In this document: in pieces, positions 12,006 to 21,704 of the stretch
How positions within the stretch are numbered: position 1 is the stretch's first letter
How the letters are laid out: each line of letters begins with the position of its first letter
NCBI GenBank assembly: GCA_025054695.1
Contig: JANWZI010000010.1
Location: forward strand, 592-64,591
Length of the DNA stretch: 64,000 bases
Direction of reading: 5' to 3'
Source: Myxococcota bacterium
GTDB lineage: Bacteria; Myxococcota_A; Polyangia; Polyangiales; JANWZI01
Translations under genes and position numbers: made by a program
Notes under the pieces: generated by a model
What the model was told of the DNA's origin: nothing
Databases searched by the model: none
What the model saw: only the letters and a program-made list of their open reading frames with translations

Positions 12006-12367
12006 TTCCGGCTCGACGCCTCGCGACGGCCGCCGGTCTGTGGGTCCTGCTGGTTGCTCCTGCACCGGGCGCGGTCGGTTCGTGCGACGCGGAAGACGTC
12101 GCGGCCGACCCGTACGACTTCTGTTACGAGATCAACGGCCTGAAGATCCAGCGCGACGACGCCGCGGGTCGCATCACCGAGGCGGAGGCCCGCGCCCGGC
12201 TCGCCATGCTCGACACGACGTGTCGCGCCTTCGCTTGGCCCGCCGACTGTGTGCCGCCGCCGACGCGTCTCGAACAACGCGCGTGCGCCGATGCGCTCTC
12301 GGACGTCTCGCGCCTGCACGAGCCGAGCGACGCCATCGCCGAGTGCCAGGATCTGTGCGGAGAATGA
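12002..12367 (+). CDS. Small Cys-rich hypothetical lipoprotein
   Basis: Lies in ORF 11924..12367. I chose GTG 12002 (VIPARRLATAAGLWVLLVAPAPGAVGSC), which overlaps the upstream stop as GTGA. The mature part has 7 Cys. Confidence 0.55.
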   Translation: MIPARRLATAAGLWVLLVAPAPGAVGSCDAEDVAADPYDFCYEINGLKIQRDDAAGRITEAEARARLAMLDTTCRAFAWPADCVPPPTRLEQRACADALSDVSRLHEPSDAIAECQDLCGE

Positions 12368-13734
12368 CCGTGCGCGTGGCGTCCGTGGCGCTGATTCTGA
12401 TGTCGACCGCCGGCTGCGCGGTGCTCGCGAGCAAGCGGGAGTACGCGGCCTACCGCGCGACGCGGCTGGCCCGCGATCCGATCGAGCGCCTCGAGGCGAT
12501 GCAGCGTTACATCGCCGAGTACCCCCGCGGGATGTGGGCACGCCGCGTCGGGCAGGAACGAGCGCGGATTGAGCCCGACTTCTACGCCGCGCATCGCGGG
12601 ACGCGCGACGGTCTCGCGCTGTACCTGCGACTGTTTCCCGATGGCCGCTTCGTCGAGGAAGCGCGCCCGAGGCTCGCGGCGCTCAGCGTTGTGCAGACCG
12701 GGCGCGATGTGGAGGCGGAGCGCGCCGCGGAGCTGGAACGACAGCGCCAGGCGGCCCTCGCCGAGCAGCGCCGCACGTGGCTGACGCGCGCCGCGCAGTA
12801 TTGGACGCGGACGCTCGTTTCCCTCGAGGGATGGGGCCAGCCGATCGCGGAGGTGGCCCGTCGGAATCCGAGCTTCTCGCGCGCATTCGGCGAGTCGCCC
12901 CGACCTCGGTGCAGCCGTGACGAGTGCATCAAGCACTACCACGCCGGCTACGCGATTCCCGTTCCCGGCGCCACGCGCATCGATCGCACCGTCCACATGA
13001 TCCTGCGCATCGCGATGCGCGCGGGCCGTGTCGAGCGCTTCGAGATGCTCCTGCCCCATCGAGGATTCTCGCGCTGGTACGAGCAAGAGAATCGCGTGCT
13101 CGTGGCCGACGAGGATCCGCAGGCGCGTCAGGCGGCCATTGAATGGGCCGTCGACCGCATCGTCGCGGCACTCCGCGAGGCGGCCCCCGAGGCGCGTCCG
13201 GTCGACGTGGTGCTCGACCCCATCATCCCGCCGCGCTTGGGGTCCACGGACGCGCAAGGTGCGGACCAGACGGGCGGGGCCGAGGTGGGCGGACAGGCGA
13301 GCGGTGGCCAGGCGGCCGCGGGCGCCGCCTCGTCTGCGACGCCGTCGCAGCCGACGGCGGGTGAGCCGTCCACGTCGCAGGCTCCGGCTGCTGCGGGCGG
13401 CACGGCCGGATCATCCCAGGGAAGCGGTGAGCCGACGATCGACGAGCTGCTGCGTCGCGCGGCGGGTGAGGAGCCGCTCTCGCCTCCTCCGGGAACGAAT
13501 GCATCGGCCGGTCAGCCCGCCGTCGTCGAGCCCACCACGGCCACCCTCGTCGTCCCGGTGACGCTACAGGGCTTCCGCGTCGGTCCGGTCCAGGTGGCGG
13601 TGTTCGCCGCGTCGGACGACGACACCGGCGAGGCGTACGACGGGGTGGTTCTGGAGCGAGTACAACCGGAGGCCGCCTCGTCGATGTCCGCGACGCCACA
13701 GACCGCCTCCCCACGCCGCCGTCGGCCGCGTTGA
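12364..13734 (+). CDS. Hypothetical lipoprotein with a low-complexity Gly/Ala/Ser/Pro linker
   Basis: Lies in ORF 11851..13734. I chose ATG 12364 (MTVRVASVALILMSTAGC), which overlaps the upstream stop as ATGA. Confidence 0.6.
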   Translation: MTVRVASVALILMSTAGCAVLASKREYAAYRATRLARDPIERLEAMQRYIAEYPRGMWARRVGQERARIEPDFYAAHRGTRDGLALYLRLFPDGRFVEEARPRLAALSVVQTGRDVEAERAAELERQRQAALAEQRRTWLTRAAQYWTRTLVSLEGWGQPIAEVARRNPSFSRAFGESPRPRCSRDECIKHYHAGYAIPVPGATRIDRTVHMILRIAMRAGRVERFEMLLPHRGFSRWYEQENRVLVADEDPQARQAAIEWAVDRIVAALREAAPEARPVDVVLDPIIPPRLGSTDAQGADQTGGAEVGGQASGGQAAAGAASSATPSQPTAGEPSTSQAPAAAGGTAGSSQGSGEPTIDELLRRAAGEEPLSPPPGTNASAGQPAVVEPTTATLVVPVTLQGFRVGPVQVAVFAASDDDTGEAYDGVVLERVQPEAASSMSATPQTASPRRRRPR

Positions 13735-13914
13735 ATGCGCCCACCGATTCGCCACATGCCGGCGCGGGTTTTCGAGTCGGCGTTCGAGGACGGGTGCGAG
13801 CCCGATTCGGCACCATGAACGCGAGTCGTTCCGGTCGCGAATCGGGCTCGGAGCCCCCTCGTCGCTTTCGAGCATCGCACTGGCTTGACGGGGGCGGCGG
13901 CCATCGGAGAAAGG

Positions 13915-15351
13915 GTGGACGTGCTCGGCGCCCTCATCGTGGTGGCGGCGGCGGTGGCGTGCGGTGGATCGAGCACGCCTCCGCGTGCGCGCGATGGCGG
14001 TCGGCCCGATCCGCCCGTGCTGATCGATCCCCCGGTGGCGTTCGAGGGTCACGAGCGGTTCGTCGCCGAGATCCGAGGGGCCGCTGAAGAGTTGACCGGA
14101 GCGAGCGTGACCGTGGAGACGGGCCCGCGGTCGTCGCTCGAGATCCTCGACGTCCAGTGCGACGCGGTTCGTTGCGGATTGCTCGCCCGCGTGCACGACC
14201 GTCGTCCCAACCTCGGCAAGCCGGTGCCCGCGCCCATCGACGGGCAGACCGAAGTGTTGCTCGTCACCACGGCCCGAGGAACGGTTCACCGGGGATTGCT
14301 GACGGTACTTCCGCTCGACGCGTTGCGGCTCGCTGGCGGTGCCGCCAACGCGACCGGTGGGGGGCTGCAGATGGCATCAAGCGTCGACGTCGCGTCGGGT
14401 ACGTCGCTGCGCGCTCGCGAGGACTCACGACCACTGCGGTGGCTACTGTTCGGACCGACGCGGATCGCGGGCGCCATCGACGTATTGGCGTCGGGCTCGC
14501 AGGGGCGTGCCGGTGGTCGGGGCGGCGGCGGCCCAGGCTCGGACGCGGCGGGTCCCGGAGGCGGACGTGGGGACCGTGCCGGCGGCGGAGGCGGTGGCGG
14601 CAACGCGGCGCCAGGAGAGAACGGCAGCGGGGCTGCGGGCGAGGAGGGTGCAGGGGCTGCAGGAGGCGAAAGGCGCGCGCCCTGCGCGACGGATTTCGAG
14701 GCCGACGATTGTGGTGGGGGCGGAGGCGGAGGTGCGGCGGGTCACGGCGGAGCAGGGGGAGGGACGGTCGTGCTCGCCTCGCTGCAGCCCATCGACCTGA
14801 GCGGTGGGCGGATCGTCGCGACGGGCTCCGGAGGGCTCGACGGGGGCGGCGGTGGAGCGGGCGGCAACGTGGTGCTGGCAGCGCCATCGATCGCCTGGCC
14901 CGAGCTCATCGACGTCGCGGGCGGAGAGGGGGGGACGTCGGGGGCCGTGCGCGGTGGGCGCGGCGGTGGAGGATTTCTTCGCGTCGACGTGCCCGGGGTC
15001 GTGCCCCTGGCCGGCGTGGTGCGCGGTCCCGCCGTGCGCGTCGACGCGCTGGATGCACTGACGAGCGCGGAACGCATGCGCCTCGAAGGCGTGGCGGAGC
15101 CGGGGGCCACCGTGGTGGCGGAGCGGATCGACGGCAGCGGTCGGGTGGAGGCGACGGCAGCGGACGACGGTGCGTTCACGCTCGAGTTCGCGCTTGTGCC
15201 CGGGCTCAACCGCGTGCGCGTTCGCTCGGCGGGGCCGTCGGGCCCGATGCAATCGCTGACCGGCACCTCCTTCGAGCTGGTCGTGCGCGAGGGGCGAACC
15301 GTGCCCGTCGGCGGGCTGCTGGACTGCGTGCGGCTCGCCGAGGGGAGCTGA
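13915..15351 (+). CDS. Glycine-rich hypothetical lipoprotein
   Basis: Lies in ORF 13885..15351. I chose GTG 13915 (VDVLGALIVVAAAVACGG) after GGAGAAAGG. It has long GGGGxG tracts, and the C-terminal part looks like an Ig or carboxypeptidase-regulatory fold (AFTLEFALVPGLNRVRVRS). Confidence 0.55.
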   Translation: MDVLGALIVVAAAVACGGSSTPPRARDGGRPDPPVLIDPPVAFEGHERFVAEIRGAAEELTGASVTVETGPRSSLEILDVQCDAVRCGLLARVHDRRPNLGKPVPAPIDGQTEVLLVTTARGTVHRGLLTVLPLDALRLAGGAANATGGGLQMASSVDVASGTSLRAREDSRPLRWLLFGPTRIAGAIDVLASGSQGRAGGRGGGGPGSDAAGPGGGRGDRAGGGGGGGNAAPGENGSGAAGEEGAGAAGGERRAPCATDFEADDCGGGGGGGAAGHGGAGGGTVVLASLQPIDLSGGRIVATGSGGLDGGGGGAGGNVVLAAPSIAWPELIDVAGGEGGTSGAVRGGRGGGGFLRVDVPGVVPLAGVVRGPAVRVDALDALTSAERMRLEGVAEPGATVVAERIDGSGRVEATAADDGAFTLEFALVPGLNRVRVRSAGPSGPMQSLTGTSFELVVREGRTVPVGGLLDCVRLAEGS

Positions 15352-15359
15352 GGGCAGCG

Positions 15360-15929
15360 GTGGCCTCACGCCGGATACGCGCGGACGACCCGCTCGAGCC
15401 GGCCGAACGGCTCGCCTGTGACGCGGTCGGCCAGCTCATGCAGTTCTGGGGCTTCAAGCGGGCGATGGGCCGGATGTGGACGCTGCTCTACCTGTCCGAT
15501 CGGCCGCTCGGCGCGCGCGAGATCGGACGGCGGCTCGGAATGTCGAGCGGGGCCGTGTCGATGACGAGCCGCGAGCTACTTCGCTGGGGCGTCATCCACC
15601 GCGTGTGGGTCCATGGCGCGCGCGGAGACCATTTCGTGGCCGAGGTCAATCTGTGGAAAATGATTTCGCGGGTGCTCGGCGAACGCGAGCGCGCCCAGAT
15701 CGTCGAAGCCATTGCGGCGCTCGAGGCTGCTCTGTCCGACGCGGATCGACGCGCGAAGGACGCGAGGCCCGAGCATCGGGCCCGTGGCCGTCTGCAGCGC
15801 GAGCGGATCGGAGCGCTGCTCGACCTCGCCCATCTCGGTCGCCGCTTGCTCGATGTGCTCGTGCGTAGCGGGCGCGTCGATGCCACGGCTCTTTCGCGCG
15901 CGTTGCTCGTGCGTCGAACGGACCGGTGA
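15360..15929 (+). CDS. GbsR/MarR-type winged-helix transcriptional regulator
   Basis: This is the C-terminal part of ORF 14157..15929, with an in-frame GTG at 15360. Contains FWGFKRAMGRMWTLLYLSDRPLGAREIGRRLGMSSGAVSMTSRELLRWGVI. Confidence 0.7.
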   Translation: MASRRIRADDPLEPAERLACDAVGQLMQFWGFKRAMGRMWTLLYLSDRPLGAREIGRRLGMSSGAVSMTSRELLRWGVIHRVWVHGARGDHFVAEVNLWKMISRVLGERERAQIVEAIAALEAALSDADRRAKDARPEHRARGRLQRERIGALLDLAHLGRRLLDVLVRSGRVDATALSRALLVRRTDR

Positions 15930-15969
15930 AGCGGTCGAACGGGCTCCCGCGCCCGACCGTGAAAGAAAA

Positions 15970-15998
15970 CGGCCCGGCAGAGGGGGGCTACCGGGCCG
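15970..15998 (+). terminator. GC-rich hairpin 41 nt downstream of the regulator stop
   Basis: CGGCCCGG-cagaggggggcta-CCGGGCCG, an 8-bp perfect stem. There is no U tract, which is usual for high-GC genomes. Confidence 0.4.
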
Positions 15999-16306
15999 TG
16001 GACGCCGTCGGTCGTGGGGGGCAGGGACCGACGGGTCGACGGGGAACGAAGCGAAAGTCGTGCCATCCGATTTCGCCAGCCTTCCCGCACTTCGGAACGC
16101 GTGCCCGTTGCGACGACGCAACGCGCCATTGCGAATCTGCAATGACCGTGAGCCACGCGGAGATGCACGGGGCGCAATCGCGCTCGCCGTGGGCGGGCCG
16201 TGAAGGGGAGTGCTCGCCGCGGGCTGACCTTGAAGGGAGCTCGCGCTGGGGGGGGGTGCCGCGCGCGGTTCGGCGCGAGGGCGTGCGCGCCGACCGGGTG
16301 AAACGG

Positions 16307-16741
16307 TCAGCCGTGCACGAACTTGTCGACGGATAGCGCCCAGCGGACCTCGTCGACGAGATCCTCGGGGCCGCGCACGGGCTTCTCGTAAACGATCTCG
16401 TACCACACGTCGAGGACGCGCGTCGCATCGGTGGGGTCGCGAACCTCGGTGCGTCTAGCGTCCTTCTCGACGTAGCCCCGCTCGCGTGCCTCTGGGCCGA
16501 CGCGAGCGCGTACGAGGTCGAACAGAGCGGGCTCCGGATCGTGGGGGTGGTCCGATCGCTGCGACCGAGCCGTGAACTCCACCGCGAGCCCGGCGTGCGC
16601 GCGGGTGACGCGCACGCCGGAGTCCATGATGTGGAGCCGGACTCGCTCGGCCAGAACGATCGTCTCGTCGTCGCCCCCGTACAGCTCGAGTCCCGCGGCT
16701 TCGAGAACCCGCCGAATCGCGGTCGGGTCGGATTGGGTCAC
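16307..16741 (-). CDS. Hypothetical cytoplasmic protein
   Basis: This is the C-terminal 144 aa of ORF 16307..17689, starting at GTG 16741 (VTQSDPTAIRRVLEAAGLELYGG...). The upstream part of the listed ORF is Arg/Ala-rich and antisense to the patatin gene. Confidence 0.5.
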   Translation of the reverse strand: MTQSDPTAIRRVLEAAGLELYGGDDETIVLAERVRLHIMDSGVRVTRAHAGLAVEFTARSQRSDHPHDPEPALFDLVRARVGPEARERGYVEKDARRTEVRDPTDATRVLDVWYEIVYEKPVRGPEDLVDEVRWALSVDKFVHG

Positions 16742-16852
16742 CTCGCTCGTTCCTCTCTCCCGCTCTCGCCCTCGCACGATAGCACAGGCGTGCCCGCAAG
16801 CCGGTCGAACCGGAACGTCGACAGGCCGCGGAGGCGCAGTACAGTCCTCCGC

Positions 16853-18358
16853 GTGAATACCGTGTTGCTCGTCTCGCGCCAGGCGACGGCGCTTCTCGAG
16901 GGCGTCGATGCCGTTCGGCTCGCGGACGGTTCGATCGCGGTCCAGGCGGGAGCCGCGGGGCCTACGCCCATTCGTTTGCTCGTGGCGAGCACGGCCACCG
17001 AGGCCATCGAGGCCCTGCGGAGCACGCCCGTCGCCGGACTGGTCCTCGACGTGCGCGATCACGGCGACCCGTTGCCCGCCGACACGCGCGAGGTGCTCGA
17101 TCGCGTGCAGGATGATTCGCTCGACGTTCTGGTCGCGCGCGACCGGATCTTCGGCCTCGTTCGTGGCCCCCACGCCACGGCCGCGGCGTTCGCGCTCGGC
17201 GCGAGCGGCGTCGGCCACGTTTTGATCGCGCCGAGCGGCCCCGAGCTCGTCGAGCGCCTGGGGCGGTTGTCGGCCCGACGCACCGGCCGTATCGCGCTGT
17301 GCCTGGCCGGCGGGGGCATCGAGGGGCTGCTCTACGAGCTCGGTGTGCTGCGGGCACTGGACGCGTTCCTCGTCAACCGCCCGGTGGTCGACTTCGATTT
17401 GTTCTGCGGGATCAGCGCCGGCGCGGTGATCGCGGCCTTGCTCGCCAATGGCCTCGGGCCGGACGAAATCGCGCGGGGGCTGGCCGAGGGGTCGGCACGC
17501 CTCGACGCCATCGGTCGCCGCGATCTGTTCGACCCGAACGTCGGCGAGGTGGGTGAGCGGCTCGTGGGGTTGTTGCGCGACGTGCTGCGCCGGGGTGGAG
17601 GGCCTAGGGCGCTCGCCGGTGCGTTGATGCGGGCCGTTCCGTCCGCGGCTTTCGCAGGCGATCGACTGCGCGCATGGCTCGCGCGCCAATTCGCGCGCCC
17701 GGGCATGTCCGACCGCTTCGAGACGCTACGGCGGCCGCTGTTCGTCGGGGCCACGGACCAAGACACCTCCGAGGCCGTCGTGTTCGGAATGCCCGGATTC
17801 GACCACGTGCCGGTGCATCGCGCGGTGCGGGCCTCGTGCGCGCTCATTCCCTTCTATCGGCCCGAGGTCATCGACGGCAGGCGTTACATCGACGGGGCGT
17901 TTTCGCGCACGACCAACATGCGCGTGGCGGTCGATCAAGGTGCCACGCTGGTCGTCCTGGTCGATCCGCTCGTGCCCGTCCATGCGGACGAGCCGGGGCA
18001 CGTCTACCGACGCGGCGGCGTCTTCTGCACGATGCAGGGCCTCAAGGCGCTCATTCACCAGCGCTTCGGCAAGGCCCACGTGGCGATCCGACGCATGTTC
18101 CCCGACGTGGCCTTCCATCTGTTCCGGCCCGAGGGCCGCGAGATGCGCGTGCTGTCCGGCTCTCCGATGAAGTACTTCTACCGACCCGAGATCGCGGAGA
18201 TGGCTTACGAGGCGACCGTGCGCCGGCTGCGGACCGCTGGTCGCGAGCTCGTCCGCGACTTCGCCGCGCACGGGGTGATCGTGCGCGACCCGCTGGACCG
18301 CGCGTCGCGACCCGCTTCCGCGGCGCCGATGCGCTCGACGGCGCTGGGGCTGGCCTGA
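16853..18358 (+). CDS. Patatin-like phospholipase with an N-terminal receiver-like (probably pseudo-receiver) domain
   Basis: Lies in ORF 16541..18358, starting at GTG 16853 (VNTVLLVSRQ). Patatin motifs are CLAGGGIEG, GISAGA and YIDGA. The N-terminus has IRLLVASTATEAIEAL...AGLVLDV. Confidence 0.8.
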   Translation: MNTVLLVSRQATALLEGVDAVRLADGSIAVQAGAAGPTPIRLLVASTATEAIEALRSTPVAGLVLDVRDHGDPLPADTREVLDRVQDDSLDVLVARDRIFGLVRGPHATAAAFALGASGVGHVLIAPSGPELVERLGRLSARRTGRIALCLAGGGIEGLLYELGVLRALDAFLVNRPVVDFDLFCGISAGAVIAALLANGLGPDEIARGLAEGSARLDAIGRRDLFDPNVGEVGERLVGLLRDVLRRGGGPRALAGALMRAVPSAAFAGDRLRAWLARQFARPGMSDRFETLRRPLFVGATDQDTSEAVVFGMPGFDHVPVHRAVRASCALIPFYRPEVIDGRRYIDGAFSRTTNMRVAVDQGATLVVLVDPLVPVHADEPGHVYRRGGVFCTMQGLKALIHQRFGKAHVAIRRMFPDVAFHLFRPEGREMRVLSGSPMKYFYRPEIAEMAYEATVRRLRTAGRELVRDFAAHGVIVRDPLDRASRPASAAPMRSTALGLA

Positions 18359-18363
18359 CCGCC

Positions 18364-19221
18364 GTGGGCTGCGTCGAGGCCATCGACGCGCTCGGCCACC
18401 GCGTGCGCCTCGCACGACCCGCGCGGCGCGTGGTCTCGCTCGTGCCGAGCGAGACGCTTTCGGTCTGCACGATCGCGGGGGTCGAGCGCCTCGTCGGGCG
18501 CACCCGCTATTGCGTCGAGCCGGCCGACGCGCTCGGCTCGGTGCCCGTCGTGGGCGGTACCAAGGACGTCGACGTCGATGCGGTGCTCGCGCTCGAGCCG
18601 GATCTCGTGCTCGCCAATCAGGAGGAGAACACGCGGCGGGTGGTGGAGGCGCTGCGGGCTCGCGGAATCGCGGTCCACGTCAGCTTTCCATGCTCGGTCG
18701 CCGCGTCCAACGCCTACCTGGAATCGCTTGGCCGGCTGCTGGGCGCAGACGTCACGGCATATCGCGCGTCCGTGGAGCCGACGCCGATTCGCGCGCGCGC
18801 CTTCGTGCCGATCTGGCGCGACCCGTGGATGACGTTCGACGGGCGCACGTTTGCCGACGACGTACTGCGGGCCGCGGGGATCGCCAACGCGTTCGCCGAT
18901 CGGGCGCGTCGCTACCCCCTGTCGGCCGACCTGGGCCACGCCCCAGCCGTCGACCCGGGCGAGCGGGACACGCGCTATCCGCGCATCACGCTCGACGAGG
19001 TGGTCGCGCGGGCGCCCGACCTCGTGCTGCTGCCCGACGAGCCGTACGCGTTCGGGCCCTCGGATGTCGCGGAGTTGCGCGCGCTGGACGTGCCGGCCGC
19101 TCGCGCCGGGCGAGTGCTGACCGTGTGCGGCGCAGACCTGTTTTGGTACGGGGTGCGGACGCGTGCGGGCATCGAACGGCTTCGGGCGCTGCTCGACGTG
19201 CTGCCCGCGCCGGACCGCTGA
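18364..19221 (+). CDS. Periplasmic-binding-protein fold, BtuF / helical-backbone metal-receptor-like
   Basis: This is the C-terminal part of ORF 17674..19221, starting at GTG 18364. Contains RVVSLVPSETLSVCTIAG...VGRTRYC...LEPDLVLAN...PDLVLLPDEPY. Confidence 0.65.
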   Translation: MGCVEAIDALGHRVRLARPARRVVSLVPSETLSVCTIAGVERLVGRTRYCVEPADALGSVPVVGGTKDVDVDAVLALEPDLVLANQEENTRRVVEALRARGIAVHVSFPCSVAASNAYLESLGRLLGADVTAYRASVEPTPIRARAFVPIWRDPWMTFDGRTFADDVLRAAGIANAFADRARRYPLSADLGHAPAVDPGERDTRYPRITLDEVVARAPDLVLLPDEPYAFGPSDVAELRALDVPAARAGRVLTVCGADLFWYGVRTRAGIERLRALLDVLPAPDR

Positions 19222-19317
19222 ATCGGGCGCGGGGAGCTGCGCCGCGGTCAACCGCACGGCGAGAGAAGAGGGCGAGGACGCACGGCGCACCTCGGCTTGC
19301 TGCACGGTGGGGGAGGG

Positions 19318-19570
19318 GTTGGGCTCGGAGTCAGGCTCGGGCTCGGACTCGGACTCTGGCTCGGACTCTGGCTCGAACTCGGTCTCGGACTCGGTCCCGG
19401 ACTCGGACTCGGACTCGGTCTCGGACTCGGGCTCGGACTCGGGCTCGGAGTCGGGCACCGACTCGGCCTCGGTCTCGGCCTCGGCCTCGGACACAGACAC
19501 GGAGTCAGGCTCGGGCTCGGACTCTGGCGCGGACTCGGTCTCGGTCCGGGAGTCGGCCTGGGGCTCGGCC
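19318..19570. repeat. Hexamer-repeat array (complement orientation), about 40 units; the largest in the window
   Basis: Sequence reads gggctc ggagtc aggctc gggctc ggactc ggactc tggctc ggactc... It is intergenic between two plus-strand genes. The right flank contains GCGACCGTGTCCCGG. Confidence 0.9.
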
Positions 19571-19673
19571 ACGCCGCGCCGTCGTCTGGAATCGCGCGAC
19601 CGTGTCCCGGACCGATGCGCGTGCACCGGCTGCCCGTCGACGGGGCGCGCCGTGGCGCCTATGCTGCGCGGCG

Positions 19674-20369
19674 ATGAACCGTCGTGAGATCCTGCGCGCC
19701 GCCCGGGACTATCTCCGCCGCCATCCCGAGGAAATCGGGCGCATCGTGCGCAGCGCCTTCGGGCTGCGCCTGGGCGTGCCTATCGACGCGCTGCGGTGGT
19801 TGGCGTCCCGACTCGCGGACGGAGTGCGCGCGCAGGACGTGCGGATCGAGGCCGTTCCGCCGGGATTGCGCCTGGAGGCCACCGTCGCGCTGATGGGGAC
19901 GAGCGTGCGCGCGGGTGCGGTGGTGCACGTCGAGCGCGTGATCGCGACCGGGGGCGCGCTTCGCGTCGAATTGCGTCTGGAGGACGTGCGCCTGCGCCTG
20001 ATCGACGAGACGGCGTCGACGCCCGTCGCGATGCTGATCCGCTCCGGCGCGCTCGACCTGTCGCGACCGGGCGATTTGATCCGACACCTGCCGCGACTGC
20101 CGCCGTGGCTCGTCGAGGCGTCGGGACGTCGCGTCGTGCTCGATTTCGCTCGCCACCCCGCCATCGCCGAGCACCCCGGAGCGCGGGCCGCCGTCGAGCT
20201 GTTGACGTCCCTGGTGACGGTTCACGGCGTCGAGACCGACGAGGAGCACCTCGACGTCTCGCTGCGCGCGTTGCCGAGCGGTCTGCGGGTGGCCGCGCGC
20301 AACGTGCGCCAGCACGTCTTGCGCCCGGGCCTGCGACGCGCGCGCCTGCTGCTCACGGCGGGCCGCTGA
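19674..20369 (+). CDS. Hypothetical protein
   Basis: This is the C-terminal 231 aa of ORF 18510..20369, starting at ATG 19674 ([20 protein letters not shown]). The upstream part of the listed ORF crosses the repeat array. Confidence 0.5.
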   Translation: MNRREILRAARDYLRRHPEEIGRIVRSAFGLRLGVPIDALRWLASRLADGVRAQDVRIEAVPPGLRLEATVALMGTSVRAGAVVHVERVIATGGALRVELRLEDVRLRLIDETASTPVAMLIRSGALDLSRPGDLIRHLPRLPPWLVEASGRRVVLDFARHPAIAEHPGARAAVELLTSLVTVHGVETDEEHLDVSLRALPSGLRVAARNVRQHVLRPGLRRARLLLTAGR

Positions 20370-20423
20370 CCGGCGGTCGCGGTCGCGCCCGTCGGCGGGC
20401 ACCGTCGAGCTTGACCGTTGCCG

Positions 20424-21005
20424 TCAGAGGTCGAGCCCGCCGAGCCCGTCGTCGGATCCCGGCGACGAGCTTCCTGTCTGCCCGGACGCCTCGCGGTCCC
20501 AGTCGCTCGGACCGTCGCCGTCCGAGTCGTCGCGTGCCGATCCGTCGGGATTGATGTTGGGGCGCCGGTTGCGTAGACGGTAGGCATTCCACGGCCCGCC
20601 TCCCGTCTCCTGGTCGTCGAGTCCCCACTCGCCGAGCAGGTTGTGCCGTCCGTCGGCGCCCACGACGTACCGGAAGACGCCGCGACCGCGCGTGACGGTC
20701 GGTCGGCCGCCCACGAGCTCCCGCCGCTCCTCCCACTGAAAGCGCAGGATGCGCCCCGAGGCGGTGCCTTGGATCCGACCGCGGCGCTCGTCCTTGCGGT
20801 ACAGGCCCACGACGTTCGCGCCCGACTGGACCATGTGCATTTCCCCGTACTGGGGGGAGAACCAGACACCGGTGAAAGTGCCACCCGGAGGCATCGGGCC
20901 AGGTTCGTAGCTGCCGCTGCCCGATGCGGTCGAACCGCCACAGGCGGGCGAGGATACGAGCAGCGCGAACGAGGCGGCGAATGCGGCTCGAAGATGGGGG
21001 CGCAT
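20424..21005 (-). CDS. Hypothetical lipoprotein
   Basis: Lies in ORF 20424..21245. I chose ATG 21005 (MRPHLRAAFAASFALLVSSPAC). The C-terminal tail is acidic. Confidence 0.6.
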   Translation of the reverse strand: MRPHLRAAFAASFALLVSSPACGGSTASGSGSYEPGPMPPGGTFTGVWFSPQYGEMHMVQSGANVVGLYRKDERRGRIQGTASGRILRFQWEERRELVGGRPTVTRGRGVFRYVVGADGRHNLLGEWGLDDQETGGGPWNAYRLRNRRPNINPDGSARDDSDGDGPSDWDREASGQTGSSSPGSDDGLGGLDL

Positions 21006-21079
21006 GGCAGTTCCTGCGGCGCGCGACAATAGACGAGCCCACGGCCCGGCGGCAACGCGGCGTACGAACGGTCGCGTCG

Positions 21080-21697
21080 CTACGCGGAGCCTCGGCGCGT
21101 CGTTGCACCCCGACGGGCCGCGCCCGGACGGCCGACCGCGGCGAGCAGGTCCGCCCGAACCGCGGGGTCGTTCACGGCAGGGCCCGACCACGCAATCGAG
21201 ACGGCACGGGCGCGGTGACGTCGCTCGCCTCGCGCGACGACGCATCCCGGTCGCAGTTCAAGCACGCAGACGGCGGCGCGGGCGTGCGCGTGTTGCACCA
21301 GCGCCTTGCAGACGCTCGCGGCGAGGTCCTCCTGGAGCACGAGCCGTCGCGAGAGGCAGTCGAGCAGCCGCCCGAGCGCGCCCAGCCCCACCACGTAGCG
21401 GCCGGGGGCATAGGCCACGTGCGCGGTTCCCGTGGCTACCATGAGGTGGTGCGGACACGTCGTAACGACGTCGACGTCGCGGAGCGCGACGATGCCGCGA
21501 GCGCGGCTCGCGGTGCGCTCTGCGAGGATGGCCGCCGGATCCTGGTCGTAGCCGGACAGCAGCTCGTGAAGCAGGGCGCGTGCGACGCGCTCGGGCGTGT
21601 CGGCCAGTTCGGGATCGCTCGCGGGGTCCAGTCCCGCCGCCTCGAGGAGCGAGGCGACCGCGCGCGCGGCCCGCTCTAGATCCGGCGTGCGGCGCAC
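21080..21697 (-). CDS. folE: GTP cyclohydrolase I
   Basis: 205 aa containing DTPERVARAL...VVTTCPHHLMVATGTAHVAYAPGRYVVGLGALGRLL. Confidence 0.8.
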   Translation of the reverse strand: MRRTPDLERAARAVASLLEAAGLDPASDPELADTPERVARALLHELLSGYDQDPAAILAERTASRARGIVALRDVDVVTTCPHHLMVATGTAHVAYAPGRYVVGLGALGRLLDCLSRRLVLQEDLAASVCKALVQHAHARAAVCVLELRPGCVVARGERRHRARAVSIAWSGPAVNDPAVRADLLAAVGRPGAARRGATTRRGSA

Positions 21698-21704
21698 GAC
21701 CGGT

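Noticed and set aside
19318-19570. Whether the repeat arrays could be CRISPR arrays.
   Set aside because: The period is 6 nt with no unique spacers of 25-40 nt, there is no leader, and no cas genes are present in the window.
19163-19687. Low-complexity ORFs reading SDSDSGSG, GLGLGL, PSPSPS or ETEPESE. Examples are 19163..19687, 19297..19677, 45062..45268, 45090..45323, 58322..58909, 58060..58632, 33043..33360 and 22111..22356.
   Set aside because: They exist only because the hexamer arrays lack stop codons in all six frames. They have no RBS or start context, they appear in several frames at once, and their length tracks the array.
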